From an uncultured SAR86 cluster bacterium (GTDB lineage Bacteria; Pseudomonadota; Gammaproteobacteria; Magnimaribacterales; D2472), in NCBI GenBank assembly GCA_902541245.1, contig CACBPT010000003.1, forward strand, positions 2,762-66,761: 64,000 nt of DNA, in the 5' to 3' direction. Shown here piece by piece: positions 45,732 through 56,375 of the stretch. Made by a program: the position numbers and the translations under genes. The stretch's first letter is position 1. The number at the start of each line of letters is the position of its first letter. The notes below the pieces were generated by a model. It had not been told where the DNA came from, made no database searches, and saw only the letters and a list, made by a program, of their open reading frames with translations.

Positions 45732-46810
45732 GAGCTTGATGGATATGAGCCAAGAATACGAACCGATGCACCTAATTTCTCAAGACTATCAATAACTTGT
45801 TTAAGGTTCGCGTCTTTATAATGACCACTACTATCTATGAAGAAATTATGAGCATTTAATGATTCTCTAGACGGTCGTGTTTCAATTCTCTCTAAATTAA
45901 TTTTTCTTTTATTAAATGGTTCAAGGATCTTTAAAAGTGCTCCTGGTTGATTATCTGTTTGAATTAAAAATGAAGTTTTATCTTTATTTGTTTGCTCGAT
46001 ATCAATATTCCCAATAATCAAGAATCTAGTATTATTGCCAGAGAAATCCTCAATATCTTTTTGATAAGAATGGAGCTTATATTTATTTATTGCCATTGAA
46101 CTCACTATACATAAAGTTTTTTGCTGACTTTTTGAAAGCTTAGCTGCTTCTGCAGTGCTTGATGTCATCTCTCTTTTTACATTAGGTAGATTGGCATCGA
46201 GCCACCTGCTGCATTGGCCAAGAGCTTGGGAATGTGATGCAACAACTTTAGCATCAGCCAGTTTAAATTTTCTGGCAGAGGCAAGTTGATGGTGAATCGG
46301 AAGATAGCTTTCACCACAAATTTTAATTTCTTCATCTGCAAGGGAATTCAAAGTTGCGTTTACCACACCTTCGGAGGAATTTTCTACCGGCACAACACCA
46401 AAATTTACCGAGCCAGTTCTTACTTGATGAAATACATCCTCAATAGTTCCTCTCGGTAATCTGGTTGGCGAGGACCCAAAATGTTGGATCACGGCCCCTT
46501 CAGAGTGGGTTCCCTCAGGACCAAGATATGCAATAGTCAATTCCTCCTCTAAAGAAAGGCAAGAAGAAATAATTTCTTTAAAAATATATTGTATTTTTTT
46601 TTCTGAAATTGGTCCCTCATTTAGTTTTGAGATATTTCTGATGATCTCTGCCTCTCTATTTGGTTTGTAAAAGGAAGCATTTGAGTTCATTAGACTTTTC
46701 AACCTACCAATCTTTTGAGCTAATGAGCCTCTTTTTTGAATAAGTTTAAGAATTTGATTATCTATTGAATCAATTTTTTGTCTAACTGGTTTAATTTTAT
46801 TTTTACTCAC
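45728..46810 (-). CDS. pheA: Bifunctional chorismate mutase / prephenate dehydratase
   Basis: 360 aa with an N-terminal CM domain (RQKIDSIDNQILKLIQKR), a PDT domain with NNTRFLIIG, and an ACT domain with IETRPS. Confidence 0.9.
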   Translation of the reverse strand: MSKNKIKPVRQKIDSIDNQILKLIQKRGSLAQKIGRLKSLMNSNASFYKPNREAEIIRNISKLNEGPISEKKIQYIFKEIISSCLSLEEELTIAYLGPEGTHSEGAVIQHFGSSPTRLPRGTIEDVFHQVRTGSVNFGVVPVENSSEGVVNATLNSLADEEIKICGESYLPIHHQLASARKFKLADAKVVASHSQALGQCSRWLDANLPNVKREMTSSTAEAAKLSKSQQKTLCIVSSMAINKYKLHSYQKDIEDFSGNNTRFLIIGNIDIEQTNKDKTSFLIQTDNQPGALLKILEPFNKRKINLERIETRPSRESLNAHNFFIDSSGHYKDANLKQVIDSLEKLGASVRILGSYPSSS

Positions 46811-46814
46811 AACT

Positions 46815-47888
46815 TTATCCGTACTTAGATTGAAAATCTCCCATGAAATTTATCAATGCATCAATCGCCTCAATTGGAATAGCATTATAAATACTAGCTC
46901 GCATCCCGCCAACCGATCTGTGTCCTTTTAAGTTAAGAAGGCCTGCATTTTCTGCTTTAAATAAGAATTCAGTATCTAAATCAGGCTTCTTTAAAATAAA
47001 AGGTACATTCATAATAGATCGATTCTCTTTATTAACAGGATTTGAATAAAAATCTGAATTATCTATAAAATCATATAATTTTTTAGCCTTGAGCTTATTA
47101 ATTTCTCCAATTGAATCTAAGCCTCCTTTATTTTTTAACCAGGCAAAAACTTTGCCAGAAAGATACCACGCAAAGGTGGGTGGTGTATTAAACATAGAAT
47201 CTGCTTCTGCATGTTTAACATATTGAAGCATTCCTGGTAACTCAACTGAAGCCGTTTTTAAAAAGTCATTTTTGATAATGCAAATAGTTAACCCTGCTGG
47301 ACCAATGTTTTTCTGTGCACCTGCATAAATCAATGAAAATCTTGATATATCAATTGGCTCACTCAAAATTACTGATGACATATCGGATATTAGTGGTGCG
47401 TTTGTTTTAGGAGGAATGTGTAATGCATTTCCTTGAATTGTTTCATTAGCAACGTAATGTAAATAAGATGCATTTTCTGAGCAGTTCCAACTAGTCTCTT
47501 TTGGCACATTGTTAAAATTAGATGGCTCAGAGGTACAAACAACATTAGTATCAACTATTTTAGAAGCCTCATTGATAGCCTTTTTTGACCAACTTCCAGA
47601 TAAAACATAATCAGCTACTCCTTGTACCCCAAAATTCATAGGGACCATAGAGAACTGCAAAGTTGCTCCTCCCTGAAGAAAAAGAACTTGATAATCATTA
47701 GGAATTTTTAATAAATCAATTAAATCTTGCCTAGCTTTATTTGCTATATCTGTATATTCAGAGGACCTATGGCTCATTTCCATAACTGACATACCTGAGT
47801 CTTTCCATTGGAGCATTTCAGACTGAGCTTCTTGTAAGACCTCCTCAGGAATAGCGGCTGGTCCTGCCGAAAAATTCCATTTTCTCAT
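46815..47888 (-). CDS. serC: Phosphoserine aminotransferase
   Basis: 357 aa with NFSAGPAAIPEEVL and GAQKNIGPAGLT. Confidence 0.9.
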   Translation of the reverse strand: MRKWNFSAGPAAIPEEVLQEAQSEMLQWKDSGMSVMEMSHRSSEYTDIANKARQDLIDLLKIPNDYQVLFLQGGATLQFSMVPMNFGVQGVADYVLSGSWSKKAINEASKIVDTNVVCTSEPSNFNNVPKETSWNCSENASYLHYVANETIQGNALHIPPKTNAPLISDMSSVILSEPIDISRFSLIYAGAQKNIGPAGLTICIIKNDFLKTASVELPGMLQYVKHAEADSMFNTPPTFAWYLSGKVFAWLKNKGGLDSIGEINKLKAKKLYDFIDNSDFYSNPVNKENRSIMNVPFILKKPDLDTEFLFKAENAGLLNLKGHRSVGGMRASIYNAIPIEAIDALINFMGDFQSKYG

Positions 47889-50425
47889 TATTCCTCTTCT
47901 TCTTCTGGAGGAATTCTTACGCCTTCGATTAATTTCTCCCCATCTTTTGGTGATATCACTTTAACTCCTTGAGTATTTCTGCCTAATGTAGGGATTTGAC
48001 TGATAGCCGTTCTAATTAAGGTACCTTTATCACTGATTAACATTATCCCATCATTTTCATCTACAGCTACAGCAGAAACCATATTGCCATTTCTATCACT
48101 TGTCTTTAAAGCAATTACGCCTTGACCACCTCTATTATATGATGGAAAGTCTTCAAGCTTTGTTCTCTTTCCAAATCCATTTTCAGATAAACATAAAATA
48201 GTTTTAGATGGATCTCCAATCATTAAAGAAATAACTTTCATGTCATCTTTCAATGTAATACCTTTAACGCCTCTTGCTGTCCTGCCCATAGGACGAACTT
48301 TCGATTCATGAAACCTTATTAATTTTCCAGAATATGAAGAAAGTAAAATATCGCTATCTCCATCTGTTATTACTGTACCAACTAATTTATCATCATCATC
48401 GAGTCGGATCGCTTTAATTCCAGATTTATATTTTTTATGAAATAAATTTAAATTTGTTTTCTTTACAACTCCATTTCGAGTTGCCATAAAAATAAATTTA
48501 TCCTCTGAAAATTCATCTACTGGCAAAATTTGAGTAACTGTTTCGTCGTCATCTAATTTCAGCATATTTACTAACGGCCTGCCTTTAGAGGTTCTGCTAG
48601 CAACTGGTATTTCGTATACTTTTAGCCAAAAAACTTTTCCTTTAGTAGTAAAACAAAGAAGCTGACTGTGGGAGCTCAATACATAAAGATTTTGAATAAG
48701 GTCTTCTTCTTTTACAGATGCTCCAGCTTTACCAACCCCGCCCCTTCGTTGCTCTCTATACTCATCAAGTGGCTGAGTTTTTGCATAACCACTTCTTGAT
48801 AAAGTTAATACTCGTGTCTCCTCTGGAATTAAGTCTTCATTAGAAATGTCATGACGGGTATCGTTAATATCTGTTTTTCTATCATCTCCAAAGTTTTCTC
48901 TGACCTCTGTTAATTCATCTTTAATTAATTGGAGAAGTGTTTCTTTGTCATCAAGGATCTTTTGAAGCTCTAAAATTGCTTCTAAAATTTCATTAAATTC
49001 ATTAGAAAGATTATCTTGCTCTAGACCTGTTAATCTTCCAAGTCTCAGTTCAAGAATAGACTTAGCTTGATCTGGTGATAATTTATAATTCTTACCTTTC
49101 AAACCATATTCAGATGATAGTCCTTTTGGACGACAAGCATCTTTACCAGCTTTTTTTAGAATTGCCTCGATGGGGCCTGCTTTCCAGGACTTCTTGCATA
49201 GATCTATTGCTGCGATCTTAGTATCTTTAGATTTCTTAATTATTTTGATAATTTCATCAATGTTTGCAATAGCAACCATCAAACCTTCGACAATATGGCC
49301 TCTTTCTTTAGCTTTTTTAAGATCAAACTTTGTTCTTTTGATAACAACATCTTTTCGGTGTTTAATAAATTCTTGAAGGATCTGCTTAATGTTCAATACT
49401 CGTGGCTGGCCATCTACAAGAACCGTAAAATTTATTCCAAATGATTGCTCTAGTTGTGACTGAGAAAATAAATTATTTTCTAAAACTTCAACCGATTCTC
49501 CACGTTTAACTTCAATGACAACCCTAAGACCATCTTTATCAGACTCATCTCTGATCTCACTGATGCCATCAATTTTCTTCTCTTTAACTAACTCAGCAAT
49601 TCTTTCAAGCATCTTTGCTTTATTCACCATATAAGGAATTTCATTAATTATTAATGAGCTCTTTCCAGATTTATCTTCTTCTACAGAGGTTTTAGCACGA
49701 ACATGGATAATACCCCTTCCAGTTTTGTAGCCCTCGTAAATACCAATTTTTCCGTCAATTGTTCCGCCTGTTGGAAAATCTGGGCCCGAAATAATTTGAA
49801 TAATTTCATCAATACTTGCTTTAGGTTTGTCTAATAAAAGCAAGCAGCCATTTAAGACCTCAGTTAAATTATGAGGAGGTACATTCGTTGCCATCCCAAC
49901 TGCAATACCTGAAGAGCCATTCACAAGCAATGCCGGAATTCGTGTAGGCATAACATCTGGGATTTGCTCAGTTCCATCATAATTAGGAGAATAACTAACT
50001 GTATCTTTCTCAATATCATTGAGAATCATATCAGTAATTTTTGCCATTCTAACTTCCGTATAACGCATGGCGGCTGGAGAATCTCCATCTATCGAACCAA
50101 AATTACCCTGACCTTCAACTAATGTATATCTCATAGAGAAGTCTTGAGCCATCCTTACCATTGCTTCGTATACAGCTGAATCACCGTGGGGATGATACTT
50201 ACCTATTACATCTCCAACCACTCGCGCTGATTTTTTGTAAGGTTGTCGATATGTATTCCTTAAAATATGCTGTGCATATAAAATCCTTCTGTGAACTGGT
50301 TTTAGGCCATCTCTTACATCTGGAAGTGCTCTTCCATGGATAACACTCATAGCATAGCTTAAATAAGAAGTTTTTAGCTCATCTTCAATATTTATCGGTA
50401 AGATTTGTTTTGCAAAATCAGTCAT
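47888..50425 (-). CDS. gyrA: DNA gyrase subunit A
   Basis: It has [10 protein letters not shown] (active-site Tyr), a QRDR-like [17 protein letters not shown], and a C-terminal beta-pinwheel ending in an acidic tail. The track start at 50437 is TTG. I prefer the ATG at 50423-50425 ([18 protein letters not shown]), which aligns with the usual GyrA N-terminus. Confidence 0.95.
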   Translation of the reverse strand: MTDFAKQILPINIEDELKTSYLSYAMSVIHGRALPDVRDGLKPVHRRILYAQHILRNTYRQPYKKSARVVGDVIGKYHPHGDSAVYEAMVRMAQDFSMRYTLVEGQGNFGSIDGDSPAAMRYTEVRMAKITDMILNDIEKDTVSYSPNYDGTEQIPDVMPTRIPALLVNGSSGIAVGMATNVPPHNLTEVLNGCLLLLDKPKASIDEIIQIISGPDFPTGGTIDGKIGIYEGYKTGRGIIHVRAKTSVEEDKSGKSSLIINEIPYMVNKAKMLERIAELVKEKKIDGISEIRDESDKDGLRVVIEVKRGESVEVLENNLFSQSQLEQSFGINFTVLVDGQPRVLNIKQILQEFIKHRKDVVIKRTKFDLKKAKERGHIVEGLMVAIANIDEIIKIIKKSKDTKIAAIDLCKKSWKAGPIEAILKKAGKDACRPKGLSSEYGLKGKNYKLSPDQAKSILELRLGRLTGLEQDNLSNEFNEILEAILELQKILDDKETLLQLIKDELTEVRENFGDDRKTDINDTRHDISNEDLIPEETRVLTLSRSGYAKTQPLDEYREQRRGGVGKAGASVKEEDLIQNLYVLSSHSQLLCFTTKGKVFWLKVYEIPVASRTSKGRPLVNMLKLDDDETVTQILPVDEFSEDKFIFMATRNGVVKKTNLNLFHKKYKSGIKAIRLDDDDKLVGTVITDGDSDILLSSYSGKLIRFHESKVRPMGRTARGVKGITLKDDMKVISLMIGDPSKTILCLSENGFGKRTKLEDFPSYNRGGQGVIALKTSDRNGNMVSAVAVDENDGIMLISDKGTLIRTAISQIPTLGRNTQGVKVISPKDGEKLIEGVRIPPEEEEE

Positions 50426-50508
50426 TTTATTGCTCAAAAAAGTGGTTTTTTGCGACTATAGAAAATTCCCTTGTTTAAGGGTAAATTTTACCATACTTCA
50501 GGGGCTTT

Positions 50509-51900
50509 TTAGTCTTTAAATTCAGCAACAACTTGGCCAATTGACTCCTTTGCGTCGCCAAATAACATTCTGGTATTTTCTCTAAAAAATAAAGGGTTTT
50601 GCACACCAGCAAAGCCAGATGACATTGATCTTTTAAGTACAAATACTGTCTTAGCATTATGTACTTCTATAATTGGCATTCCATATATTGGACTGCCTTC
50701 TTCCTCAGTTGCTGAAGGATTAACAACGTCATTGGCGCCAATAACTATTGCAACATCTATTGTATCCATTGAAGGGTTTACGTCCTCTGGTTCAGCAAGC
50801 AAATCATATGAAACATTTGCTTCTGCAAGAAGAACGTTCATGTGACCTGGCATTCGTCCAGCAACAGGATGAATACCATATTTTACCTCTGTACCATTTT
50901 CCTCCAAAAGTTCTCCCATTTCCCTTACAACATGTTGTGCCTGTGCTACTGCCATGCCATATCCGGGCACCACTAAGACACTGGAAGCATTTTCAAGAAT
51001 TAGATATGCATCATCAGAAGTAATTGGTTTAACCTCACCCTGCTCTTCAGAGGAAGCAGCATGACCTGAAGATGCATATCCAACGAAGAGAATATTGGTA
51101 ATTGTTCTATTCATGGCCTTAGCCATGATGATAGTTAGAATTAATCCACTTGCCCCAACCAATGACCCTGCAACTATTAGCACGTTATTTAGCAGCAAAA
51201 GGCCAGCAAAAGCTGCGGCAATACCCGAAAGTGAATTGAGCAAAGAGATGACAACTGGCATATCTCCTCCTCCTATAGGCATCACAAAACCAATGCCAGC
51301 CATAAGGGTTAAAACCAAAAAGATTACAAAATAAGATGGTACTTGGGGAACTAATCCAGCTAGAGAAGGCTCTATCATAACATATATTAATGCTGGCATG
51401 CTGAGATAAAAGAAAGATATAAAAACATTGGTAATCATGGAGCCTTTCCCAAGCTTTAACTTTTCAGAGAGCTTGCCATAAGCAATTAAAGAACCAGAAA
51501 AAGTTATGCCTCCAATGTATATAGTCAGCATTACCAAAACATGCTGAAACATAGAATTATCAGGTTCGTTGAATTGCGACCAAGCTATCAAAAATGTTGC
51601 CAAACCGCCAAAACCATTAAATAACGCCACCATTTCTGGAATAGCTGTCATTTTTACTTTTACAGCAATTAAAGAACCTATCAGACCGCCTAATAAAACT
51701 CCTGTAAGTATTATTTTTATGTCTATCTCAAGACTCAAACAAGTTATTGCAACAGCAAAAAACATTGCAAGAGCTGATAAATAATTCCCTTTGACCGCTG
51801 TAGCTTCTTTTCCAAGCATTTTTATTCCAAGGATAAACATCACAGAAGATATGATGTAAATCATGTTCTGGATAACTTGGATATTGGCTAAATTTTCCAT
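50509..51900 (-). CDS. pntB: NAD(P) transhydrogenase subunit beta
   Basis: 463 aa with an N-terminal membrane domain and the dIII domain (VPGYGMAVAQAQ, HPVAGRMPGHMNVLLAEA). Confidence 0.9.
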   Translation of the reverse strand: MENLANIQVIQNMIYIISSVMFILGIKMLGKEATAVKGNYLSALAMFFAVAITCLSLEIDIKIILTGVLLGGLIGSLIAVKVKMTAIPEMVALFNGFGGLATFLIAWSQFNEPDNSMFQHVLVMLTIYIGGITFSGSLIAYGKLSEKLKLGKGSMITNVFISFFYLSMPALIYVMIEPSLAGLVPQVPSYFVIFLVLTLMAGIGFVMPIGGGDMPVVISLLNSLSGIAAAFAGLLLLNNVLIVAGSLVGASGLILTIIMAKAMNRTITNILFVGYASSGHAASSEEQGEVKPITSDDAYLILENASSVLVVPGYGMAVAQAQHVVREMGELLEENGTEVKYGIHPVAGRMPGHMNVLLAEANVSYDLLAEPEDVNPSMDTIDVAIVIGANDVVNPSATEEEGSPIYGMPIIEVHNAKTVFVLKRSMSSGFAGVQNPLFFRENTRMLFGDAKESIGQVVAEFKD

Positions 51901-51903
51901 AAT

Positions 51904-52176
51904 TTATTTCTTTTTGAACATGCTCAACATTCTGTTTGTAACAAGATAACCACCAAATACATTTATAGAAGCAAACAAAATTGCACCAAAGGCTAATATA
52001 TCTTGCATCTGACCAGCACTTGAAAGCATCAATGCCCCCACTAAAGCAATTCCAGAAATAGCATTAGCTCCGGACATTAAAGGTGTATGAAGTGTACTTG
52101 GAACTTTTGATATAAGCTCAAGACCCAAAAAAATAGATAAAAGTAAAACGAAACCCAACAAAACATACATTTCCAT
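51904..52176 (-). CDS. pntAB: NAD(P) transhydrogenase alpha subunit, membrane part 2
   Basis: 90 aa with three hydrophobic helices, lying between pntAA and pntB. Confidence 0.85.
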   Translation of the reverse strand: MEMYVLLGFVLLLSIFLGLELISKVPSTLHTPLMSGANAISGIALVGALMLSSAGQMQDILAFGAILFASINVFGGYLVTNRMLSMFKKK

Positions 52177-53297
52177 TATGCAAACCTCTCATTCATTATT
52201 TTTCCATCATAAGCAAGCACGCTACTTTGAATCACCTCATCCTCAAAATCAAAATTTATTTGAGAGTTTTCTTCATCATAAAAATCGGTTAGCCAGTTAA
52301 TAATATTATTTGATAGCGCAAAAGAAGCATGACTTGAGACTCTGGAAGCTAAGTAAGATACTCCTACTACTTTAACACCATTGATATCAACTACTTCATC
52401 GACTATTGATCCTTCAACGTTACCACCAGTTTCGACAGCCATATCAAGAACGACACTTCCAGGCTTCATTTTTTTTATTGTGCTCTTATCGATTATTTTG
52501 GGAGCTGGTCTTCCAAAAATTTGAGCAGTGGTAATAACTATATCTGATCGCTCACATACTTGGCTTTGAAGATCCTTTTGTTTTGCGATTTGTTCTTGGG
52601 TTAGCTCTTTAGCATAGCCTTGATCGGTTTGACCGGTGTCGCCTAAATCAATTTTTACAAATTTTGCACCAAGAGATTTAACTTGCTCCTCAACAACATC
52701 ACGAGTATCAAATGCCTCAACTCTTGCGCCTAATCTTTTTGCAGTTGCGATTGCTTGCAATCCTGCAACACCCACACCAATCACAAAAACCTTAGCAGGT
52801 CTAAGTGTTCCGGCAGCAGTCATCATCATTGGTAATGCAGATGATAAATATTTAGAAGCTTCAAGAACAGCTGCATAACCAGCAAGGTTTGCTTGAGAGC
52901 TTAAGACATCCATTTTTTGAGCTCTTGTTATCCTTGGTATGAATTCCATGCTGACTGCATTTATTCTTGATTGATTCAGCGCCTTTAGCTCTTCGCCTGC
53001 ATAAAAGGGATTAATCATTCCAAGAACAGTCGATCCAGATTTTAATTTTGATGATTCATCTATTGACAATGAAGTAGGAGTAATAATTAAATCTCCTTTA
53101 GACAAACATTCATCTCTTGAAATTGCTTCTAAGCCAAGATCATTGAAGGTCTGATCTGAAACATTTATGCCATCACCAATCCCTGATTCAAATGAAATAG
53201 AGGCTCCTTTAAGAGCGGTAATCTTCTCTACTGTTTCTGGATGTAGAACTGATCGGTGATCTCTTGAATCTGGAGATTTCAAAGCAACTATATGCAT
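52176..53297 (-). CDS. pntAA: NAD(P) transhydrogenase alpha subunit, part 1 (dI)
   Basis: 373 aa, alanine-dehydrogenase/PNT-like, with VFVIGVGVAGLQAIATAKRLGA. Confidence 0.9.
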   Translation of the reverse strand: MHIVALKSPDSRDHRSVLHPETVEKITALKGASISFESGIGDGINVSDQTFNDLGLEAISRDECLSKGDLIITPTSLSIDESSKLKSGSTVLGMINPFYAGEELKALNQSRINAVSMEFIPRITRAQKMDVLSSQANLAGYAAVLEASKYLSSALPMMMTAAGTLRPAKVFVIGVGVAGLQAIATAKRLGARVEAFDTRDVVEEQVKSLGAKFVKIDLGDTGQTDQGYAKELTQEQIAKQKDLQSQVCERSDIVITTAQIFGRPAPKIIDKSTIKKMKPGSVVLDMAVETGGNVEGSIVDEVVDINGVKVVGVSYLASRVSSHASFALSNNIINWLTDFYDEENSQINFDFEDEVIQSSVLAYDGKIMNERFA

Positions 53298-53325
53298 AAA
53301 ATTTTAAAAAGTACGTTTGTAGTAC

Positions 53326-53354
53326 ATTGCAAATTATTTAAAGGTTATTGTCAA
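53326..53354 (-). promoter_or_regulatory. Candidate sigma70-type promoter for pntAA-pntAB-pntB
   Basis: The minus strand reads TTGACA (53354-53349), a 17-nt spacer, then TGCAAT (53331-53326), about 28 nt upstream of the pntAA ATG. This rests on the motif only. Confidence 0.35.
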
Positions 53355-53390
53355 TATGTTTAAAAACCTTTCAAAATATGCATTTAAATC

Positions 53391-53416
53391 AAAAAAGTTA
53401 TGTAGCTATGCTACAT
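53391..53416 (-). terminator. Candidate intrinsic terminator after the SDR gene
   Basis: The minus strand reads ATGTAGC-ATA-GCTACAT (7-bp stem, 3-nt loop) followed by AACTTTTTT. It begins 13 nt after the stop at 53430. The stem is short and AT-rich. Confidence 0.4.
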
Positions 53417-53429
53417 AAAGAAAAAATTT

Positions 53430-54194
53430 TTATAAATTTAGACTTGCTCCACCATCCACTGTAATAAGTTGGCCAGTCATTAACTCACTTGCTTCAATTA
53501 TACTAAATATAACTTCAGCAATAGATTCAGGCGTGCAAGTCTTTTTTAATGGAGTGGTGGTTTGAACATGCGATTTTACAGCTTCATACATTTCCGTGCC
53601 CATGCCTTTTTCGAGCCACTCTCCCTCAATAAATCCGGGACATATAGCATTAACTCTGATGGGCCCTAGATTTCTTGCCATAGATAAAGTCATCGTATTT
53701 AAAGCTCCTTTTGATGCAGCGTAGGCAATAGAGCTTCCTATCCCTTTAATTCCTGCAATAGAAGATACATTTACAATGCAAGGATTATTACTTTTTTGCA
53801 AATGATCTTTTGCAGCTTTAACCATTTGAAAAGGCCCAATTACATTAACACCATAAATTTTTTGAAAGTCCTTGGCATCAAGCCCATTTAAATCAGAGTG
53901 ATCCCAAACAAACTTAGTAGTTGCTGCATTATTTACTAAGGCATCAATTCTTTTCCATTTTTCAATTGCTTTATCAATCGTTGCTATACAGTCTTGCTCA
54001 TTTGCAACATCAGCTTGAAATGCAAAGACCTCAGTTGCTTTATTAGAACAATTTGCTGCTACTAACTTGGCATCTTCAATAGAAGAGGAGCAAGTGATAA
54101 TAACATTCCATCCATTTTCAGAGAGGATTTTTGCAGTCGCAGCTCCGACTCCTCTGCTCCCTCCGGTAACAATAGCAACAGGATTATCTGACAT
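53430..54194 (-). CDS. SDR-family oxidoreductase (3-oxoacyl-ACP reductase-like)
   Basis: 254 aa with VTGGSRGVG, NNAA and YAASKGALNT. Confidence 0.8.
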   Translation of the reverse strand: MSDNPVAIVTGGSRGVGAATAKILSENGWNVIITCSSSIEDAKLVAANCSNKATEVFAFQADVANEQDCIATIDKAIEKWKRIDALVNNAATTKFVWDHSDLNGLDAKDFQKIYGVNVIGPFQMVKAAKDHLQKSNNPCIVNVSSIAGIKGIGSSIAYAASKGALNTMTLSMARNLGPIRVNAICPGFIEGEWLEKGMGTEMYEAVKSHVQTTTPLKKTCTPESIAEVIFSIIEASELMTGQLITVDGGASLNL

Positions 54195-54229
54195 ATTTTG
54201 TTAGCTTCCTTATGTAAAAAATAATAAAC

Positions 54230-54258
54230 TTGTCTATTCTTGCATGCAATGATTTAAT
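54230..54258 (+). promoter_or_regulatory. Candidate sigma70-type promoter for ubiG
   Basis: TTGTCT (54230-54235), a 17-nt spacer, then TTTAAT (54253-54258), about 25 nt upstream of the ATG at 54284. This rests on the motif only. Confidence 0.3.
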
Positions 54259-54283
54259 CTGCCACTTTAAAGAAGTAGTTTTT

Positions 54284-54985
54284 ATGACTCAAAATATTGA
54301 TCAAAATGAAGTAAATAAATTTGCTGATATCGCTGAAAAATGGTGGGATCCAACCGGTGATTTCAAACCTCTTCACGTGATTAACCCACTGAGAGCAAAC
54401 TATATTAATAATAAATCTCCTGTTGATGGCTTAAAAGTACTTGATGTAGGTTGCGGAGGGGGCTTGTTAGCAGAGGCTCTAGATTCTAAAGGAGCAGAAG
54501 TAACTGCAATTGATGTCACAGAAGCAAATATAGAAGTTGCCAAACTTCATGCACAAAAAATGCAAGTTAAAATAGACTATAAATTGGTTACAGCTGAGGA
54601 GTTAGCACAAAAAGAAAATCAATCTTTTGATGTCGTGTCTTGTTTGGAAGTTATTGAACATGTCCCTGATCCAGGTCAGTTGATAAAGGCATGTTCTGAC
54701 CTTTTAAAGCCAGATGGTCAAATGTTTTTGTCTACTTTAAATAGAAACCCTAGATCATTTATAACGGCAATTGTAGGTGCAGAGTATATTTTTAATATTT
54801 TACCCAAAGGCACTCATGAGTGGGCTAAATTTATCAAACCATCAGAATTAGAGGAGTTTATGAGAGATGCGGGTATAAAATTAATTGAAAGTAAGGGTAT
54901 GTTTTACAACCCTATTTTTCATACTGCCAATCTAAATAATGATCTTGGAGTAAATTACATGATGCATGGATCTAAAAATGCCTAA
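54284..54985 (+). CDS. ubiG: Bifunctional 3-demethylubiquinol 3-O-methyltransferase / 2-polyprenyl-6-hydroxyphenol methylase
   Basis: It has EVNKFADIAEKWWDP and VLDVGCGGGLLAE. The track start at 54230 is a TTG that adds 18 non-conserved residues. I prefer the ATG at 54284 (MTQNIDQNE). Confidence 0.9.
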   Translation: MTQNIDQNEVNKFADIAEKWWDPTGDFKPLHVINPLRANYINNKSPVDGLKVLDVGCGGGLLAEALDSKGAEVTAIDVTEANIEVAKLHAQKMQVKIDYKLVTAEELAQKENQSFDVVSCLEVIEHVPDPGQLIKACSDLLKPDGQMFLSTLNRNPRSFITAIVGAEYIFNILPKGTHEWAKFIKPSELEEFMRDAGIKLIESKGMFYNPIFHTANLNNDLGVNYMMHGSKNA

Positions 54986-55628
54986 AGGTGTTTTATTTGA
55001 TCTTGATGGCACTCTCTTAGATTCAGCTCCAGACTTTATTGCTAGTCTCGATAATTTGCTTACAAAACATAACCAACCAAAACTTGATCCTGAAATAATT
55101 AGAAGCCATGTTTCTGATGGAAGTTGGAAGCTTACAAGCTTAGGCTTTAAGATAGATACTTCCGATCATAAGTGTTCTGTACTCAGAGAGGAACTTCTTG
55201 ATGAATATGAAACAAATCTTCTAAAATATGGAAGAACATTTGATGGGATCAAAGAAATGCTATTTTCTTTAGATCAGGACAACATTCCTTATGGGATAGT
55301 TACAAACAAACCCTTGCGTTTTGCCAAACGAATATTAATGAATGAAGCTGCATTTAAAAATTGCAAAACACTTATATGTCCTGAACATTTGGGTTCCATT
55401 AAGCCAGATCCAGAAGGTATTTTACGTGGCTGTAAAGACTTAGGTATTCAGCCTGCTGATTGCATTTATATTGGTGATCATATAAAAGACCTCGAAGCAG
55501 GAATTAATGCGGGGACAAATGTTATTGCTTGTTACTTTGGATATTCAATCAAGCCAAGTGATCATAAAAAAGATATTCTCGGAGCCAATCATCCAAACGA
55601 ATTGTATGGGTTAATCTCTAAAATATAA
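54966..55628 (+). CDS. HAD-superfamily phosphatase (phosphoglycolate phosphatase Gph / MupP-like)
   Basis: 220 aa with FDLDGTLLDS (DxDxT), VTNK and GDHIKD. It lies directly after ubiG, as in pseudomonads. An alternative start exists at 54978. Confidence 0.8.
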   Translation: MDLKMPKGVLFDLDGTLLDSAPDFIASLDNLLTKHNQPKLDPEIIRSHVSDGSWKLTSLGFKIDTSDHKCSVLREELLDEYETNLLKYGRTFDGIKEMLFSLDQDNIPYGIVTNKPLRFAKRILMNEAAFKNCKTLICPEHLGSIKPDPEGILRGCKDLGIQPADCIYIGDHIKDLEAGINAGTNVIACYFGYSIKPSDHKKDILGANHPNELYGLISKI

Positions 55629-56375
55629 ATGGATCTAACTAATAAGACTATACTAATTACTGGCGCAACTGATGGGATTGGCAAGGTATTAGCTGAAGAG
55701 TTTTCAAAACTTGGTTCAAACATAATTCTTTTAGGAAAGAATTCATCAAAGCTTGATAAGGTATATGATCAGCTTGAAAATTCTTTTGATTCTCAAAAAC
55801 ACTTAATTTTAGAGGCTGATCTTTCTCTTTTAAATAATGAATCAGCTCACGAAATCTTAAGAGCAATCTCTAATGAATATGATGCTTTAGATGGGATCAT
55901 CCATAACGCTGCAATTTTAGGAACTATGACTCCATTAGAAGATTATGAATTATCAAAATGGGATGAAGTTTTAAACATCAATTTAAGAGCGCCTTTTCTT
56001 TTGACAAAAACACTGAAATCAATTGTTGAAAATTCAACCATGCCAAGAATTATTTTTACATCTTCTGGGGTTGCTAATACGGGTAGAGCTTTTTGGGGCG
56101 CATACTCGGTCTCAAAATTTGGTCTAAAGGGTCTTGCAGAAATTTTTACCAATGAGCTTGAAACTACTTCTTCCATAAAAGTATTTAACTTTGATCCAGG
56201 AGCTACTCAGACAAAAATGAGGGCATCTGCAAGACCAGCAGAAGATCCCAGCTCATTAAAAACACCCCATGAGCTCGTTAACTGTTACTTATGGTTTTTT
56301 AGCAGGGAAAGTTGTGATTCAAAAGTAAATTATTTTGAATATGATGATCTAGCTAAGAAAGTGACTTCCACATAA
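55629..56375 (+). CDS. YciK-like SDR-family oxidoreductase
   Basis: 248 aa with ITGATDGIGK, HNAA and YSVSKFGLKGL. The order ubiG-HAD-SDR is conserved. Confidence 0.75.
   Translation: MDLTNKTILITGATDGIGKVLAEEFSKLGSNIILLGKNSSKLDKVYDQLENSFDSQKHLILEADLSLLNNESAHEILRAISNEYDALDGIIHNAAILGTMTPLEDYELSKWDEVLNINLRAPFLLTKTLKSIVENSTMPRIIFTSSGVANTGRAFWGAYSVSKFGLKGLAEIFTNELETTSSIKVFNFDPGATQTKMRASARPAEDPSSLKTPHELVNCYLWFFSRESCDSKVNYFEYDDLAKKVTST

Noticed and set aside
50448-50475. Small hairpin (CCCTT-AAAC-AAGGG on the minus strand) between pntB and gyrA, considered as an intrinsic terminator.
   Set aside because: The stem is only 5 bp and the trailing T-run is short (AATTTT), which is too weak to call.
54230-54283. 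TTG-initiated 18-codon extension of ubiG. The same issue applies to the TTG extension of gyrA (50426-50437), the GTG extension of the methyltransferase (18660-18710) and the 60907 start of the P-like gene.
   Set aside because: Downstream ATG codons give N-termini that match the conserved family starts or remove long overlaps with upstream genes.
55657-56176. Minus-strand ORFs 55657-55866 and 55943-56176, and plus-strand ORF 57303-57623.
   Set aside because: They are antisense to the YciK-like SDR gene and to rluB respectively, and they have no motifs.
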